A stretch of DNA of 63,895 nt, the filler included, from Perkinsus olseni (Eukaryota), in assembly GCA_013115125.1 (NCBI GenBank). It is 7 parts of 7 records of this genome, joined end to end, with 100 filler letters (N's around TTAATTAATTAA, not from the genome) between each part and the next. Parts side by side here need not be neighbours in the genome. Positions count along the whole stretch, not along the records: positions 45,191 to 56,312 come from JABANN010000839.1; positions 56,413 to 60,865 come from JABANN010001272.1; positions 60,966 to 63,895 come from JABANN010001476.1; 4 more parts are not named here. One strand, 5' to 3'. Made by a program: the position numbers and the translations under genes. Every line of letters starts with the position of its first letter. The first letter of the stretch is position 1. This document shows positions 50,324 to 62,720 of the stretch, in pieces. The notes under the pieces are model-generated. The model was not told where the DNA came from. It was given only the letters and a program-made list of their open reading frames with translations, and ran no database searches.

Positions 50324-52557
50324 CTCAAGGGAGTCGTCCCTCCAGGGGGATGCCTCTGCCGACCCACTTTGACTCGACTATGTAGGTTCTCACTCAGCCG
50401 AGTTAGAGCGTTAAGTCGACAGCAGCGTGCTTCCGGATGAACATTGGAAGGTTTTCTATCAGGCGATCCACTGGGGGATTCTCCCGGACGATGGGTTGGC
50501 CTCAAGTATCCACCAAGCGCTACCGTCCTATTTACTGATGATCCAGGCTGCCCTTGTCTGTGCTGCGTCGTGTTGGGCTTCCGCCTCTCATGCTCATCCT
50601 GTTGTTGCTCGGCACGATAGCTTTCGACTTGGAGTAGCGAATAAGGCGGGGTCGGTGCTCAGCTCGATTGCAGCATCGGTGAGGATTATGACGAAGCGTC
50701 ATTGACTCTTGAACGATAGAGCTAATCTACATCCGTGATCTTGGACTGTGCTTGACTGTATAGTCCTGCGCTGCAGATTCTGCGGAAGCTGCTACCGATC
50801 TGATCTGGTGGTGTGATACAGAAGCTGCTAATAGTGTTGGCGATCAGATTCATGGTGAAGTGGTAACACTATCGCGACTGTGGTTGCCACAGTCACTCGG
50901 CTGGTAACCACAGTTTTCTCGCTCTGTTGCTGAGCTTGTGTCACACGGACTCAGCAACAATGCAAGGGAATACCTCACGCAAATCATGTGACCTGCGATT
51001 CGTAGCGGCAAGACCTCTCGCGTGGCCGAAGTTGATACCCAAAATTGATGTCCTGGCAGCAATCCTGCACAGGAGGATCGGCGTGCAAAGGGTCATCCAG
51101 GTACTTCTGTTGTTCCCAGAGGGAACATCCTCCCGACGCACAAGAGCAAGTTGCTGTCAGCAAGTTGGAACACAAACCACCAGCCTGGTGGTTTGCGTTC
51201 CCTGGTGGCACAAGGTGGTTCAAGGAACTACGGTGGTTCCTGGTAGGCTCGCGTTTTGCGGTAGAGGTAGGGAAATGGTGAGTTTGTGCGTCACTGACGC
51301 CGTTACAGCGTTCAATCAACGCAAGAAGTAGGCATGATAAGTTATCATTGATAACGAAGCATGCATGCTCAATGAATTGCCACGTTGTTCTGCGATGATC
51401 TATGTGCTGCCTGATAGTATCCTCCGCAGGCTACACTTCCATATATCGAAAGCGGCCTCTAACAGTGTTAGACTAACACGGACTCTATCTCTCGGGCCTT
51501 GTCTGAGTCATCTCTCGGCCGCTCCTGTTCCTGGAACAGGAGTGGACCATCACACCTGGGAAGTCTGGGGCTCTTGTGGCTATACGCACCACTTGGCCCA
51601 GCCTCTCGGATTTGAGCCCTCGCCGTAGTGATGTAGAGGCCCTAGTGAACTCGAGGAACAACGCTCACAGCTCACTGAGCCGAGCGGGTATGTGGCGAAA
51701 GTCGGCGACAGCGTAATGTAGCGTAAGCCCGACGTTGGCTGCTTCCTCAGGAGGCCGCCGAACTCCGGAGGCCGGAGGAATCTGATGATGATATCCGTTT
51801 TCTCTCTGTAGATTCGCCGCACGATTCGTGTCGTGTGACACGAGCCGCTGGGCGGCTGCCTCTCACTCATGGTTATGATCCTTTCTCCCGTGATCGTTCG
51901 CTTCTCTTCCGTCATTGCGAGTTTGACAGGCACTGACTCAGTGCCACTGAGCCAGCCTGAGCCATTTTGTTGGCCTCATTGACACTGTTGAACAGTGACT
52001 GTTCACATGACTTGGGCCACGTGTGCATTCCACATCATTTCATTGATCCCCATGAACATGAGAAATTCAGTGAAAAGAGTATACTGCATTACTGCATGAA
52101 GGCTTCAAGAGACTTGTTGATTTCATGCGTGACGTGTTCCTCAAGTTATGTATGTATCACACATAATGTACGTATGGGATGGAATCAAGTACGCGTTGTA
52201 TCAGGTGCGCTCTGTCACTATTGCGTGACGATGCAATCGTCGATTGCGTCGACGATGTAATCATCTCGTTGGAATGAAAGAAAAGCAGTTTTTGATTCAA
52301 TTTTGCCATCTTTACCCAACCTGCTTGGGCCAAGCATCTATGACGGGTTCTTCAGAATCTAGTATCGACGACGCCGGCCAGAAGAAGAGGTCACCTTCGT
52401 CTATAAGTAGTCGAGTTCAAAAACCAGAATGCATCACGGAGGCTGAGTGGAGAACGCGTCCAAGAAGTTCACATACGTGGACTAAATTTTTGAGTAGTCA
52501 AGGACTGCCTCCCAATGAGAATGTGTGCCATGACTGAGGCTCAACAAGGGATGAGGG

Positions 52558-55500
52558 TGTTGTAACAGCTCACACAAGAGCGTAATCCATGGTGGAATCG
52601 CACAAGAGGGTTAGAGGATCGAGTAAGAGAGCAAGTGACCAAGGTATTGGTCAACATCCTCCCCCCCTTTCAAAAAAGTGTGTATACATCGTTAAAGGCA
52701 TGTGAAGCGTGATTAATCATCAAAATGGAGTGGATGTAAAAGGCGTATACATAGCAGGTAATGGAGAAAAAGGTTTACAACATGTCGTGTAAGAAGAATG
52801 CAGAGTGAAAGTATACAGCAGATACTAACACGTAAAAGTGAATTAAGATGACTCGGTCGCAGTGTCGTTGAGTAGATCATTATCATCGTCGTCTGTGGGC
52901 TGAAAGTCTGCGTAGGTGTCGTCGATGAGGGGTTTGATGTTCTTGGTATGAACATGTCTCCCATCAGTAAGGAGAACTCTGTTGTCTCCTAGTACTTCTT
53001 GTATCTGAATGGGTTCGCTCCAGCGAGGTTGGTCTTTACGTGGTTGGTGTTCGCGAACCAAGACGGACATTCCGGCTTGTAGGGGAACGAGTATCTCGGA
53101 CACAGGAATGTGTGAGGTAGATCGTTGTTGTGCACGTTGTCGATGTTGTCGCCAAATAGAGTCCTTGTCGTCGACGGTATGGTACTGAGTGAAGGAGACC
53201 AAATCATGCGCCGGGAAGTTATAAATAAGATCTCGTGGGCACAAACCATGAGCACTAGGAGACATCATCAAGTTGACGTGCATAGTAGCCAGCTGGACGA
53301 TATGAGTCCATGTGCGATGGGCAGGACGTGATGTTATCGGTGGAGTAGACTGTAGAAAGCCAAGACGGATGAAGCGAGCGAGATCTCGATGTTTACGCTC
53401 ATGTCCACCATTGGAGACTGAGGCATACGTGGGAGTGAACTCCCAATCAACAGTGGGTAGTTGATGAGCAGCCCTGCAAAAAATGCTCCCGTTATCAGAG
53501 CGGATACGTTCTGGGATAATGCCGTACGTGCAGGTGAGTGAGTTCAGGAACTCGATGACGTCAGATGTTAACGGAGCAGTAGATAAGGGCTTGCAGATGA
53601 GGTAAGTCGTTAGTCGGCAAGTGCACGTAAGGACATAGAGGTTGCCGAAGTACGGACCATGTACGTCTAACGCGATGTCAGAGAAAGGTTGTCGGGGTAG
53701 TGCTGGTGGTGTAGGGCGTTGTTTCCATGCCAGATCACCAGCGTTAGTGAGTACCCTGGCACACAGAAGACACGTACGGGTAGCAGCCGAAATCGTATCG
53801 AGCATCTTCGGCCAATGGTAGAAGGCTTTCATACGGGTGTACGTAGCCTGGGTCCCCTCGTGGTATGTGTCGTGATACAATGCAGTGAGAGTGTGTTGAA
53901 GATCGGCATCAGGGACCTGTGTAATACCATCGATAACTTCCAGAGCGCGAAGGCGCAAGATCAGATCATCAGGAAGTCGAGTAAAGGCGTACTCGACGAG
54001 ACGAGTAGAAGGTAGGTCGTCAGTGGTTTTCTCAGATCGAGTGGAAGATGAGCTTGTGCTAGCAGCAGCCGTGGGATGTGCATCTAGAGAAGCTGGCGAG
54101 TGACAGCGGTGTAGGCCTTGGGGGGAGTGTTGTGAGTCGCGGGGGTCGCAACCAGGTGGGAGATCTGGATGTGGATTATCGCGTTGAGCAGACCGGCGTT
54201 GGCGAACACGTTTAGCAATGCTATCATCAGCGAAGGAGTCATCGCGCTTGCGCACCGGGAAGGCAGTGTGACCCGAGGGAGGAGGGGCGTCCTGTTCTGC
54301 GCGCTTCTGCTCGCGGCCGAGGTCGTCGTAGGTTGCACGAACTTTGCAGATGTTGTCGATGAGGTCGGAGCGAGTGCCAAGGTCAGCAGGGTTGTCCTGG
54401 CCTTTGACATGGACGTAGGTGATCGGGTGGGTGCCGGAGATGGCGACAATGAGTTCGAGATACTTGCGAGTTAAGGCTTCGTGGAGACCAGCAGGGACTC
54501 GGCGATCGCGAGCGATCGCGACAGCGGTGAGAGAGTCGCAGTAAACCCTGATGTCGGAGAACTTCATCTTAGTGTCGAACTCGATAAGGCGGACCCGTGC
54601 AAGGGCAAAGTAGATGCCAATGAGCTCTAGCGCGTTGATGTGGAGGTTCTGCTGAGAAGACGTGAGCGGCAGCTGTCCGCGGATTACGGTACGACCGAAC
54701 TGACGACCATCGTAGGCAACCATGGTCTTAGAGGCGTCAACATAGAGGTGGAGTGGTTCGGTGGCATGGATACGGCGAGGGATCGGTTGTGGTTGATGGT
54801 CGCGTAAAGAGGAGACCCATGCACATAGTAAATCCTGTACCTCAGGTGGAAGAGGCGAGTTCCAGGAGTGCTTGAGCACAGCTCGGGCTTTGCTGACCAA
54901 ACCAACGAGTAAGTTCTTGGCCGGAATGATGTGGTAGTCGAAGAGGTCAGGTTCTTGTAGTAGAGTACCGAGAAGGCTGAGAGAGTCCGTGTAGGTGAGG
55001 GGATGGTCGAGTGGCCAGGCAAGGACAGTAGCAATAGCTGTAGGGGGATAACGAAGGGAGTCGCCACCGTCAACGAGCTCGAGGCCCAAAACAGGGATAG
55101 GGTGATCCGCGGAAGCATCCGAGAGCGCTTGAGTCTTGAGGGGTAGGTCGTGTGCGGTGTACTTGTCGATGAGAGGGGCAGGCTCGTCAGTAGGTTGGGT
55201 AAAGTCGAGAATGTCGTCCATAAAGGAGCATTGGTCCGGCTCGTCGCGGTCGGAATCGAGAACGTGGTCGACGTACAGATCAAGACTACCAGCAGTATCC
55301 AAGTTTGGGAGGGGTAGAGGGCGCTCGACAGTAGGGAGGAGGTGCTGCTCGACGTGTCCCATGCCGCCCTCGAGGCAGGACGGGGCGATAGAGCTACCAT
55401 AAATCATGCGGCTAAACTGGTAGTAGCCGTTGCGCCAGTAGAATTGAAAGAAGGACCCTAGGGCTGACGATACGCGGAACTTCATAAAAGCATCGGACAC

Positions 55501-56312
55501 ATCGTGGAGAGTCACCGTGGTAGCCAGACGCAGTCGCGACAGGCAAGTCTTGAGCTTAAGCTGCTTGTTGGGGATCGGATCGCACCGCATAAGGGCCCGC
55601 AAGAAGGTGTTGGTATTGATCAATGGCAGAACGGGGCGCCACCGTTTGCGCCCGCGGACTCCGTAAAAATCGGTAGTAAAACGCGTGACAGCAGAAGAGT
55701 CGATACGGTGCATTTGGCCGGAGTCGGGGAAGGCCTGTAGCTTGGCCTCGCAGTCGAGACGACCCTCCGGTGGGCACTGGAGCCACTTGTAGTGAAACTT
55801 GCGACAGGGCTTAGGGTGTAAGGTTTGGGCGTGAGCGTGGACTTGCTGTGAGATGTCGACGTAGAAGAAGGACTCGGCGGTAGCAGTTGTGACTAGAGCA
55901 AGACGGAGCCAGCGGTTCTGGAAGACGACGCTCGTGATGGACCAGCCAGATGGCAGAGGGTGGAAGGAGGGCTCGGCAGCAAGAACCTGGCGTAGTGTAG
56001 ACTCGTCGATGAAAGTGGTACGGCCGCGTTTGGGTTGGTGTGGGGTAATAGTGAGAGACGTGTTGAGAGACTGTGCTGGCACGGCGGAAGAGTCGTCGCT
56101 GTGACAGAGCAAAGAGGAGGCAGGGTGGTTACCAGTAGAAGTGGCCACGACTAATGTGCAGGTCGCATCGAAAGCAACGATATCGCGACCTAGCAGACCA
56201 TCTGTAGTTGCAGCCAAGGGGGTGTAGGTGACGTAGGGAGACCTAGCAACACTCGCAGCTGAGCTGCTAGAAGTGTAACACAAGATCCGGAGATATTGGG
56301 CTGCGATGGAGA
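52558..56312 (-). mobile_element. LTR retrotransposon, 3' part (pol, PPT, 3' LTR), cut by contig end
   Basis: pol ORF, then polypurine tract GAAAG(G)nAGGA at 52657-52671 abutting TGTTGA at 52656. Confidence 0.88.
52843..56310 (-). CDS. pol: Pol polyprotein (end of PR, RT, RNase H, integrase), 5'-partial
   Basis: LLGRD (protease end); DVSDAF, MIYG and FMDD (RT); YVDAS, HINALEL, YCDS, NPADLGTR (RNase H); HHCC zinc finger; DVHGP, SDNG, GGHER (DDE integrase). The frame is open to the contig edge. Confidence 0.9.
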   Translation of the reverse strand, partial: SIAAQYLRILCYTSSSSAASVARSPYVTYTPLAATTDGLLGRDIVAFDATCTLVVATSTGNHPASSLLCHSDDSSAVPAQSLNTSLTITPHQPKRGRTTFIDESTLRQVLAAEPSFHPLPSGWSITSVVFQNRWLRLALVTTATAESFFYVDISQQVHAHAQTLHPKPCRKFHYKWLQCPPEGRLDCEAKLQAFPDSGQMHRIDSSAVTRFTTDFYGVRGRKRWRPVLPLINTNTFLRALMRCDPIPNKQLKLKTCLSRLRLATTVTLHDVSDAFMKFRVSSALGSFFQFYWRNGYYQFSRMIYGSSIAPSCLEGGMGHVEQHLLPTVERPLPLPNLDTAGSLDLYVDHVLDSDRDEPDQCSFMDDILDFTQPTDEPAPLIDKYTAHDLPLKTQALSDASADHPIPVLGLELVDGGDSLRYPPTAIATVLAWPLDHPLTYTDSLSLLGTLLQEPDLFDYHIIPAKNLLVGLVSKARAVLKHSWNSPLPPEVQDLLCAWVSSLRDHQPQPIPRRIHATEPLHLYVDASKTMVAYDGRQFGRTVIRGQLPLTSSQQNLHINALELIGIYFALARVRLIEFDTKMKFSDIRVYCDSLTAVAIARDRRVPAGLHEALTRKYLELIVAISGTHPITYVHVKGQDNPADLGTRSDLIDNICKVRATYDDLGREQKRAEQDAPPPSGHTAFPVRKRDDSFADDSIAKRVRQRRSAQRDNPHPDLPPGCDPRDSQHSPQGLHRCHSPASLDAHPTAAASTSSSSTRSEKTTDDLPSTRLVEYAFTRLPDDLILRLRALEVIDGITQVPDADLQHTLTALYHDTYHEGTQATYTRMKAFYHWPKMLDTISAATRTCLLCARVLTNAGDLAWKQRPTPPALPRQPFSDIALDVHGPYFGNLYVLTCTCRLTTYLICKPLSTAPLTSDVIEFLNSLTCTYGIIPERIRSDNGSIFCRAAHQLPTVDWEFTPTYASVSNGGHERKHRDLARFIRLGFLQSTPPITSRPAHRTWTHIVQLATMHVNLMMSPSAHGLCPRDLIYNFPAHDLVSFTQYHTVDDKDSIWRQHRQRAQQRSTSHIPVSEILVPLQAGMSVLVREHQPRKDQPRWSEPIQIQEVLGDNRVLLTDGRHVHTKNIKPLIDDTYADFQPTDDDDNDLLNDTATESS

Positions 56313-56412
56313 NNNNNNNNNNNNNNNNNNNNNNNNNNNNNNNNNNNNNNNNNNNNTTAATTAATTAANNNNNNNNNNNNNNNNNNNNNNNNNNNNNNNN
56401 NNNNNNNNNNNN
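56313..56412. other. Artificial contig linker
   Basis: N-run with TTAATTAATTAA. Confidence 0.98.
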
Positions 56413-56483
56413 TACATTATTATAACGATATAATAGATTATTAATAGTAAATATATACAATACTAGATATTAATATATATAAT

Positions 56484-56540
56484 AACCCAGCATTTATACC
56501 ATATAGATATATTATAGTATTAATTATTGTATGCTGGGTT
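56484..56540. repeat. GC-clamped inverted repeat
   Basis: AACCCAGCAT ...37 nt... ATGCTGGGTT. Confidence 0.85.
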
Positions 56541-57654
56541 TATAAGGTATATATAGATATAATGAATACATACACTATAATATTATATATAAATAACTAT
56601 ATCTATTAGTTAGGTTTATCTATTATTATATATTTATTGGTTATATTATATTTATAAATATGTATATAGTGTATTATTATATAATGATTATATATTATGA
56701 AATAACCTATATTAGTATATATTATAAAGATTACCATATATTGTATATTAATATCAAGATAATACCTTAGTTTATAATATATTATAGTATATCATATAGG
56801 TTTATATAAAGATAACTAATATTATATCCATATTATACTATTATTACCATCATTTAATACATATTTAGGTTAATATAATATTAAGTATAAAATATATCAT
56901 AAAATATCATATAAATTATATATATAATGATCTGTATAATAGTATATAACAATAATATCACATTAAATATATATTTATCAAAGGTTGGCATTTATATATT
57001 TTAATATAGTATAATATATTGTAAAGGTCTAGGTTTTATCTCTGGTTGGTAATTAAATATTATATTATATGCTGTGGGATACTATTTAATATTTATTATA
57101 TATATATTGTAATAATGTCCCTCTAAATACAGTATATATTATATTTACTATCTATTAATAATAAATTACATTAGGATATATTTATATCTCCATGCTAAAG
57201 CTTATATATACATATAGTAAATATAGAATTATATATATACAGTACATTATTAACCATAGATTTATTAATATATTATTTCCTATTTATATGGTATTAGGAT
57301 TATTATAAATTAATATGGTATAATACCCTTTAATATTAATAAATATCTATAATGTCCTAATAATACCTATTAGATAAATAATTATATATATATTATGTAT
57401 TCAATAGACTATCTTAATAACCATACAGTATTTCAATATAATATATATTATAGGTATATGATGGTATTATATATAACTAAATATTATATTTATATAACTT
57501 ATACTATACTTTATCATAATAGATTACTAAGTAATATTTATAGTATTATCTATTTATAAGGTATTATATTATTAATAGACTATTATAACCTAAATATGAT
57601 TATTATTGCCTATATGAATAAATTATAGATAATATATAAACTAATGAAATATAC

Positions 57655-57745
57655 TAACAATATATAATAAACTGCCATTAGACGCTATTAACCCAGCTAA
57701 TATATCTTATATTATAATGAACTATTATCTCTAATTATTATATTT
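57655..57745 (-). rRNA. Mitochondrial LSU rRNA fragment, LSUG-like (H92 A-loop and H93 of the peptidyl transferase centre); ends approximate
   Basis: Minus strand ATAAT-AGTTC-ATTAT (A-loop hairpin, 57714-57728), then AGCTGGGTTAATAGCGTCTAATGGCAGTT (57670-57698), matching bacterial 23S AGCUGGGUUUAGAACGUCGUGAGACAGUU. Confidence 0.85.
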
Positions 57746-59701
57746 TATATTATGAATATTGATAGGTTATTATAATGATATTAACTACTATATGGATACA
57801 TTATATATATATTAATATGACCTTAATATCCCTATAGGTATATACTCTATGGATAAATATGTTATTAATAATACCTATCTTATAATATCATACTATACCT
57901 TAAAATATGGTATTATTTATATGTATTTTATAATTATAATAGTTTTATGATTGTATTTTGGTATTATAACACTTTTATAGATATCATTTATTAAAGGTTT
58001 AGAGAATATAATCTATAGTATATTTATTAATAATAAATAATATATATTAATAATGGATATTTAAATAAAGGGAGACCTATTATATGTATATCTATATATT
58101 ATAAAATAGTGTAAATACTGATATCATATTATAAATATAAGTATATATGGTTAATTAATAGTAAATATACCCTTATTAATAATTAATATAGTATATAACC
58201 ACCATAGTATAAGGTAATAACATAATATAGTATATACTAATAATTTAATACCATAGATAATATATATTATAATCCACTAATAATAAATATAGTAATTAAG
58301 TATAAATAATAACATGTGGCCTTGGTTTTATCTAACTAGATATTATATGATCTAATTATATCGATAGGTATTATACTGGTACATAATATATTATAATATA
58401 ACCTATCTATATGGATAAATATAATATATAAACCTATAGTGTTTACTAATATCATGATTTAATACTAATATCTAATTATATCATATTATCATATATATTA
58501 AATCTATATTTATATAACTTTATTATATAATATATTATATCATGGTATATTTCATTATTAATTTAATATCACTATATTATATTTACTTATTATTAATTTC
58601 TATCACTATTTCATATTAATTTAGACCCTATTATTCATATATAATATCTATTTTAATGTAACATCATTTATTATCATATATTATACTATAGTATTATATT
58701 TGATCTAATATTATTTATAGATATGGTATAGTATTATTTATATATAGTTTATTATACATATTTATAATATTATCAATATTAATACCAGATAAAGTCTATT
58801 ATTTAATATATTATTAGTTTAAGGGCTAGGTATATTATTATAGTATAAATATCTATATATTATAAATAGGTAATATTAGGCCATAGATTTAAAGGTGATA
58901 TTATACTAAATAGATCTATAGAGATAAATAATGATATAATAATATAATGTATGGTAATAAATAGAATATAATATAATAACCTTATCATATATATAAACTA
59001 ATATACCCTCACTAGATATAATTATAATATAATGATTACTATTTAATGTGATATTGATAATATCCAAGATAATATATATTACTATGTTAATCTAGTTAGT
59101 ATATCTCCATGGTTTACTGATATTATATACTATATAGATATATATATGGCTTTTATCATAATAGAATAGATTATATATAGCCTTTCCTTCATATATATTT
59201 ATGGTATTGCTATCGATAATATAATAGTAATAAAATACACATTTAATTAGATATTATTAGTTAATCAAATAATGGATATTAGTATCATTAAAACTATCTA
59301 TTAATAATATATATTATATCCTATAGTAATAGGTTTATATAATAGTAATATAATTATAATTATATATAGATATACTGTATTTTATATCTTAATAATATAT
59401 ACTAGATTTATAGGATCTTATTATATAGTTTATATTATACTAACCCCATTGATCTATTAATATTGGGTATTTATTTATATTTACTTATATCTAGTGAGTA
59501 TAATTAATAATAAATCTATAGTATTAAATATTAACTTTATGATAAGTATATATTAATAAACTTTATGATGATTAGACCTTATATTTCCTATTAAGATTAT
59601 ATACTATTTATTAGTTATAATCAATAGGTTAAGGTAAAGTGTTAATACTTTAAGATATCTCTATATAATTATTACTATATGTACTTATTTATATATTAAG
59701 A

Positions 59702-59755
59702 TATAGCCCATCAATACTATTAGGATATAATATTATAAATACAGGATGGGCTATA
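59702..59755. repeat. GC-clamped inverted repeat
   Basis: TATAGCCCATC ...32 nt... GATGGGCTATA. Confidence 0.85.
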
Positions 59756-60345
59756 AATACATTATCAGGATATTAATATACTTTATATAATATTATACCT
59801 AATGTAATATATATTAATACATTTATATAGTTATCTTATTATTATATGTAATATACTATATTTATACGTTATATACCAGTAAATATTATTATGTTATATA
59901 TTATGGTAATACTATCAATATGGTATATAATTTATTATATTAATATGGAATATCCTATATAATGCCATACTCCAGGATCTATACTTTATCATTAATTTCA
60001 TATTATCTTAATATTATATCTATTAATATTATCATATTTATTAAGGATTACCATATTATTATAATTATTAGTATTAGATAAAATTACCAATCTATATAAA
60101 TATCCTTATAATATCTATATCCCTGGATCCCTATACCCATATAAAGGATATAATATTAACATTCCTAGGTTAGGGATATCTATAGATATAGTATTATTAT
60201 AGTGATCCTGTATAGTAATATTTAACCTAATATTTAGTATATTTATAAAGGGATATAATTACTATTTAATATGGTATATGATTATATTATAGTAACATAA
60301 GGTATACATAGATATTATCAATAATAATAATATTACAATGTGATA

Positions 60346-60402
60346 ACCCAGCCTTTAATAAATATAATAATAGTTAATATCTTAATAAACATAAGGCTGG
60401 GT
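60346..60402. repeat. GC-clamped inverted repeat
   Basis: ACCCAGCCTT ...37 nt... AAGGCTGGGT. Confidence 0.85.
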
Positions 60403-60710
60403 AATAATATAATCTATATTATACTAAGTATATATTTATAAGTTTATCTATGGAGTATTGGTATTTATAGATCTAGTTAGTCTTTTATATCCTTTATTAA
60501 TTAGTAATATTATTGATTTATATATAAGATAATAAATATAGTCTTATTAATAATATATATATTAGTAGTTAGATAGACATATAAATCTGTATTGTATAAA
60601 TATTAAATATTAAATATTAATTATATTATATTAATATGAGGTTATATTAGTGATATTATTAATGGTATAATTATATAAAACAAGGTAAATTATATTTATT
60701 ATGCCCCTAT

Positions 60711-60769
60711 ACCATGCCCTCCATATTATATAAGTATATTTAGTATTAATTTATAGTTAAGGGCATGGT
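60711..60769. repeat. GC-clamped inverted repeat
   Basis: ACCATGCCCT ...39 nt... AGGGCATGGT. Confidence 0.85.
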
Positions 60770-60865
60770 TTTATCAATGGAGAGTATAATACTATTTTAT
60801 CACTATAGATTAATAGGGTATATTATAAGTTAGTAATAGATTATTAATATTATATATATATATTA

Positions 60866-60965
60866 NNNNNNNNNNNNNNNNNNNNNNNNNNNNNNNNNNN
60901 NNNNNNNNNTTAATTAATTAANNNNNNNNNNNNNNNNNNNNNNNNNNNNNNNNNNNNNNNNNNNN
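60866..60965. other. Artificial contig linker
   Basis: N-run with TTAATTAATTAA. Confidence 0.98.
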
Positions 60966-61544
60966 TATTGTTTATTAATAGTTTAGAGAGTAATATATAT
61001 ATTATAAATATAAGTTAGTATTATATAGTAATTATAGTATATTAATATAGGATATAGTATACATTATAATATAGTTATCTATATATTGATCTGTTAATAC
61101 ATTTATATATATATAATTATATACTCCATTGACTTTATTTATTATTAACCTCTCCATGATATAATATTATATCACTAAGATCCTATAATATAATGTAATT
61201 ATATATATTATTGTATACCTATAGATAGTAATAACCTATAAATAGTAATAATCTATATATATAATATATGTACTATCCTTTATAATGATATTAATAATAA
61301 TATAAAATATATAGTCCTTTATAAATCTATAGTGTATAATTATAATTATTAATAAATCTATATATCTATAGTGTAGTTCTAATTATAAATATTATTAATA
61401 TATTCTATCAATATCGATATTATAGGTTATATTACCAAGATATATTTATATTATTACATTATTAACTAGTGGGCCCATATATAATACTATCAATATTATA
61501 TTAATACCTAAATATACTATATTATCTTATAAATTATATTATTA

Positions 61545-61591
61545 ACACCCGCTATATTCTAGTATAAATATAAATATATTACTGCGGGTGT
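61545..61591. repeat. GC-clamped inverted repeat
   Basis: ACACCCGC ...31 nt... GCGGGTGT. Confidence 0.8.
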
Positions 61592-62720
61592 ATATTATAC
61601 ATGTAATCATATTATTAATAGTATATAAACACATATATATAGTAATAAATAATAAAAATAACCTTATTATTAGTATTAAGTATATATCATATTATATTTT
61701 TGTGGGCATGTTAAGGTATTGATCAATTAGGTATTAAATGATAAATATATTAATTTATACTTATTAGTATATATATATTTATGTAATAGTATTTATATTG
61801 TATACTAACATATGATATAAGATATTATTTAAATATAGATTATCATAATAGATTAATATATTCTATAGAGGATATCATATAATTATATATAATCATGGAT
61901 ATTATATTGTCTGTTATATTATTATAACAGATTCTTATGTATCAATCTCTAGGGCCTATATTAATATAATCAATATCCTTATTTTATTATAATATTACAT
62001 TATTTATATCGCCAGAGACCTTATTTATTATTGTATATCTAGTTATAATACTATGTATAAATATATTATTGTAATCTATGGTGGGTTATTAATATAATAT
62101 AGCCCTTCAGATATAAATTATAGTAAACTATGATATTAATAATAATTATACCTATAATAATAATATTTATAAATAAACTTAGGAATTATAATAATATATA
62201 ACTGAGTCTCTATTTTATAATAAGGTAATATAAATATGATTGAGACCCTTATAAATAATTAGTGATAATATAGATAATATAATAATATCTATTACAATAA
62301 GATAAAGACTATATATATAATATAATACATAATATCCTATATATATAAATAAGGGCCCTTAATATAAATTAATGTATTATATCACATACAATATTTACTA
62401 TTATTTTATTATTGGATCATAGTATACCTAAGATATATATTTATATAACCTAATATGCTAGATTACTATATATTATTAAACCTATACTTATATTTATAAA
62501 TTATATTATTAGTTATTCCATATTATATCAATATTAGATCTATAGGATATATAAATAATAATAATGGTGCCCTATAAATAGACATATACTATATATAAGA
62601 TCCATAACATATTAATACAATATCAGGATTAAAGGTATATAGTAATAACAATAATAATGGATATAATATGTACCTATTTATACTATAATATAGGATATTA
62701 GATTATTAATAATGGTATAA

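Larger units (their letters stand above)
56413..60865. other. Mitochondrial DNA contig (very AT-rich, mostly non-coding)
   Basis: Composition matches the cox3-bearing contig; contains a fragmented LSU rRNA piece. Confidence 0.85.

Noticed and set aside
50927-51331. FPEGT motif suggesting an acyltransferase
   Set aside because: No HxxxxD or other PlsC motif is present and there is no supportable gene model.
61905-61990. ATAACAG as an LSUE rRNA fragment
   Set aside because: It is one arm of a local CTGTTATA/TATAACAG hairpin, and the expected downstream GGCACCUC-AUGUCG motif is missing.
56413-62700. Frameshifted cox1 or cob suggested by frequent AGGT/CCCT words
   Set aside because: No HPEVY or PEWY signature was found on either strand by eye, and the frames checked are full of TAA/TAG. 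A frameshift-aware search would be definitive.
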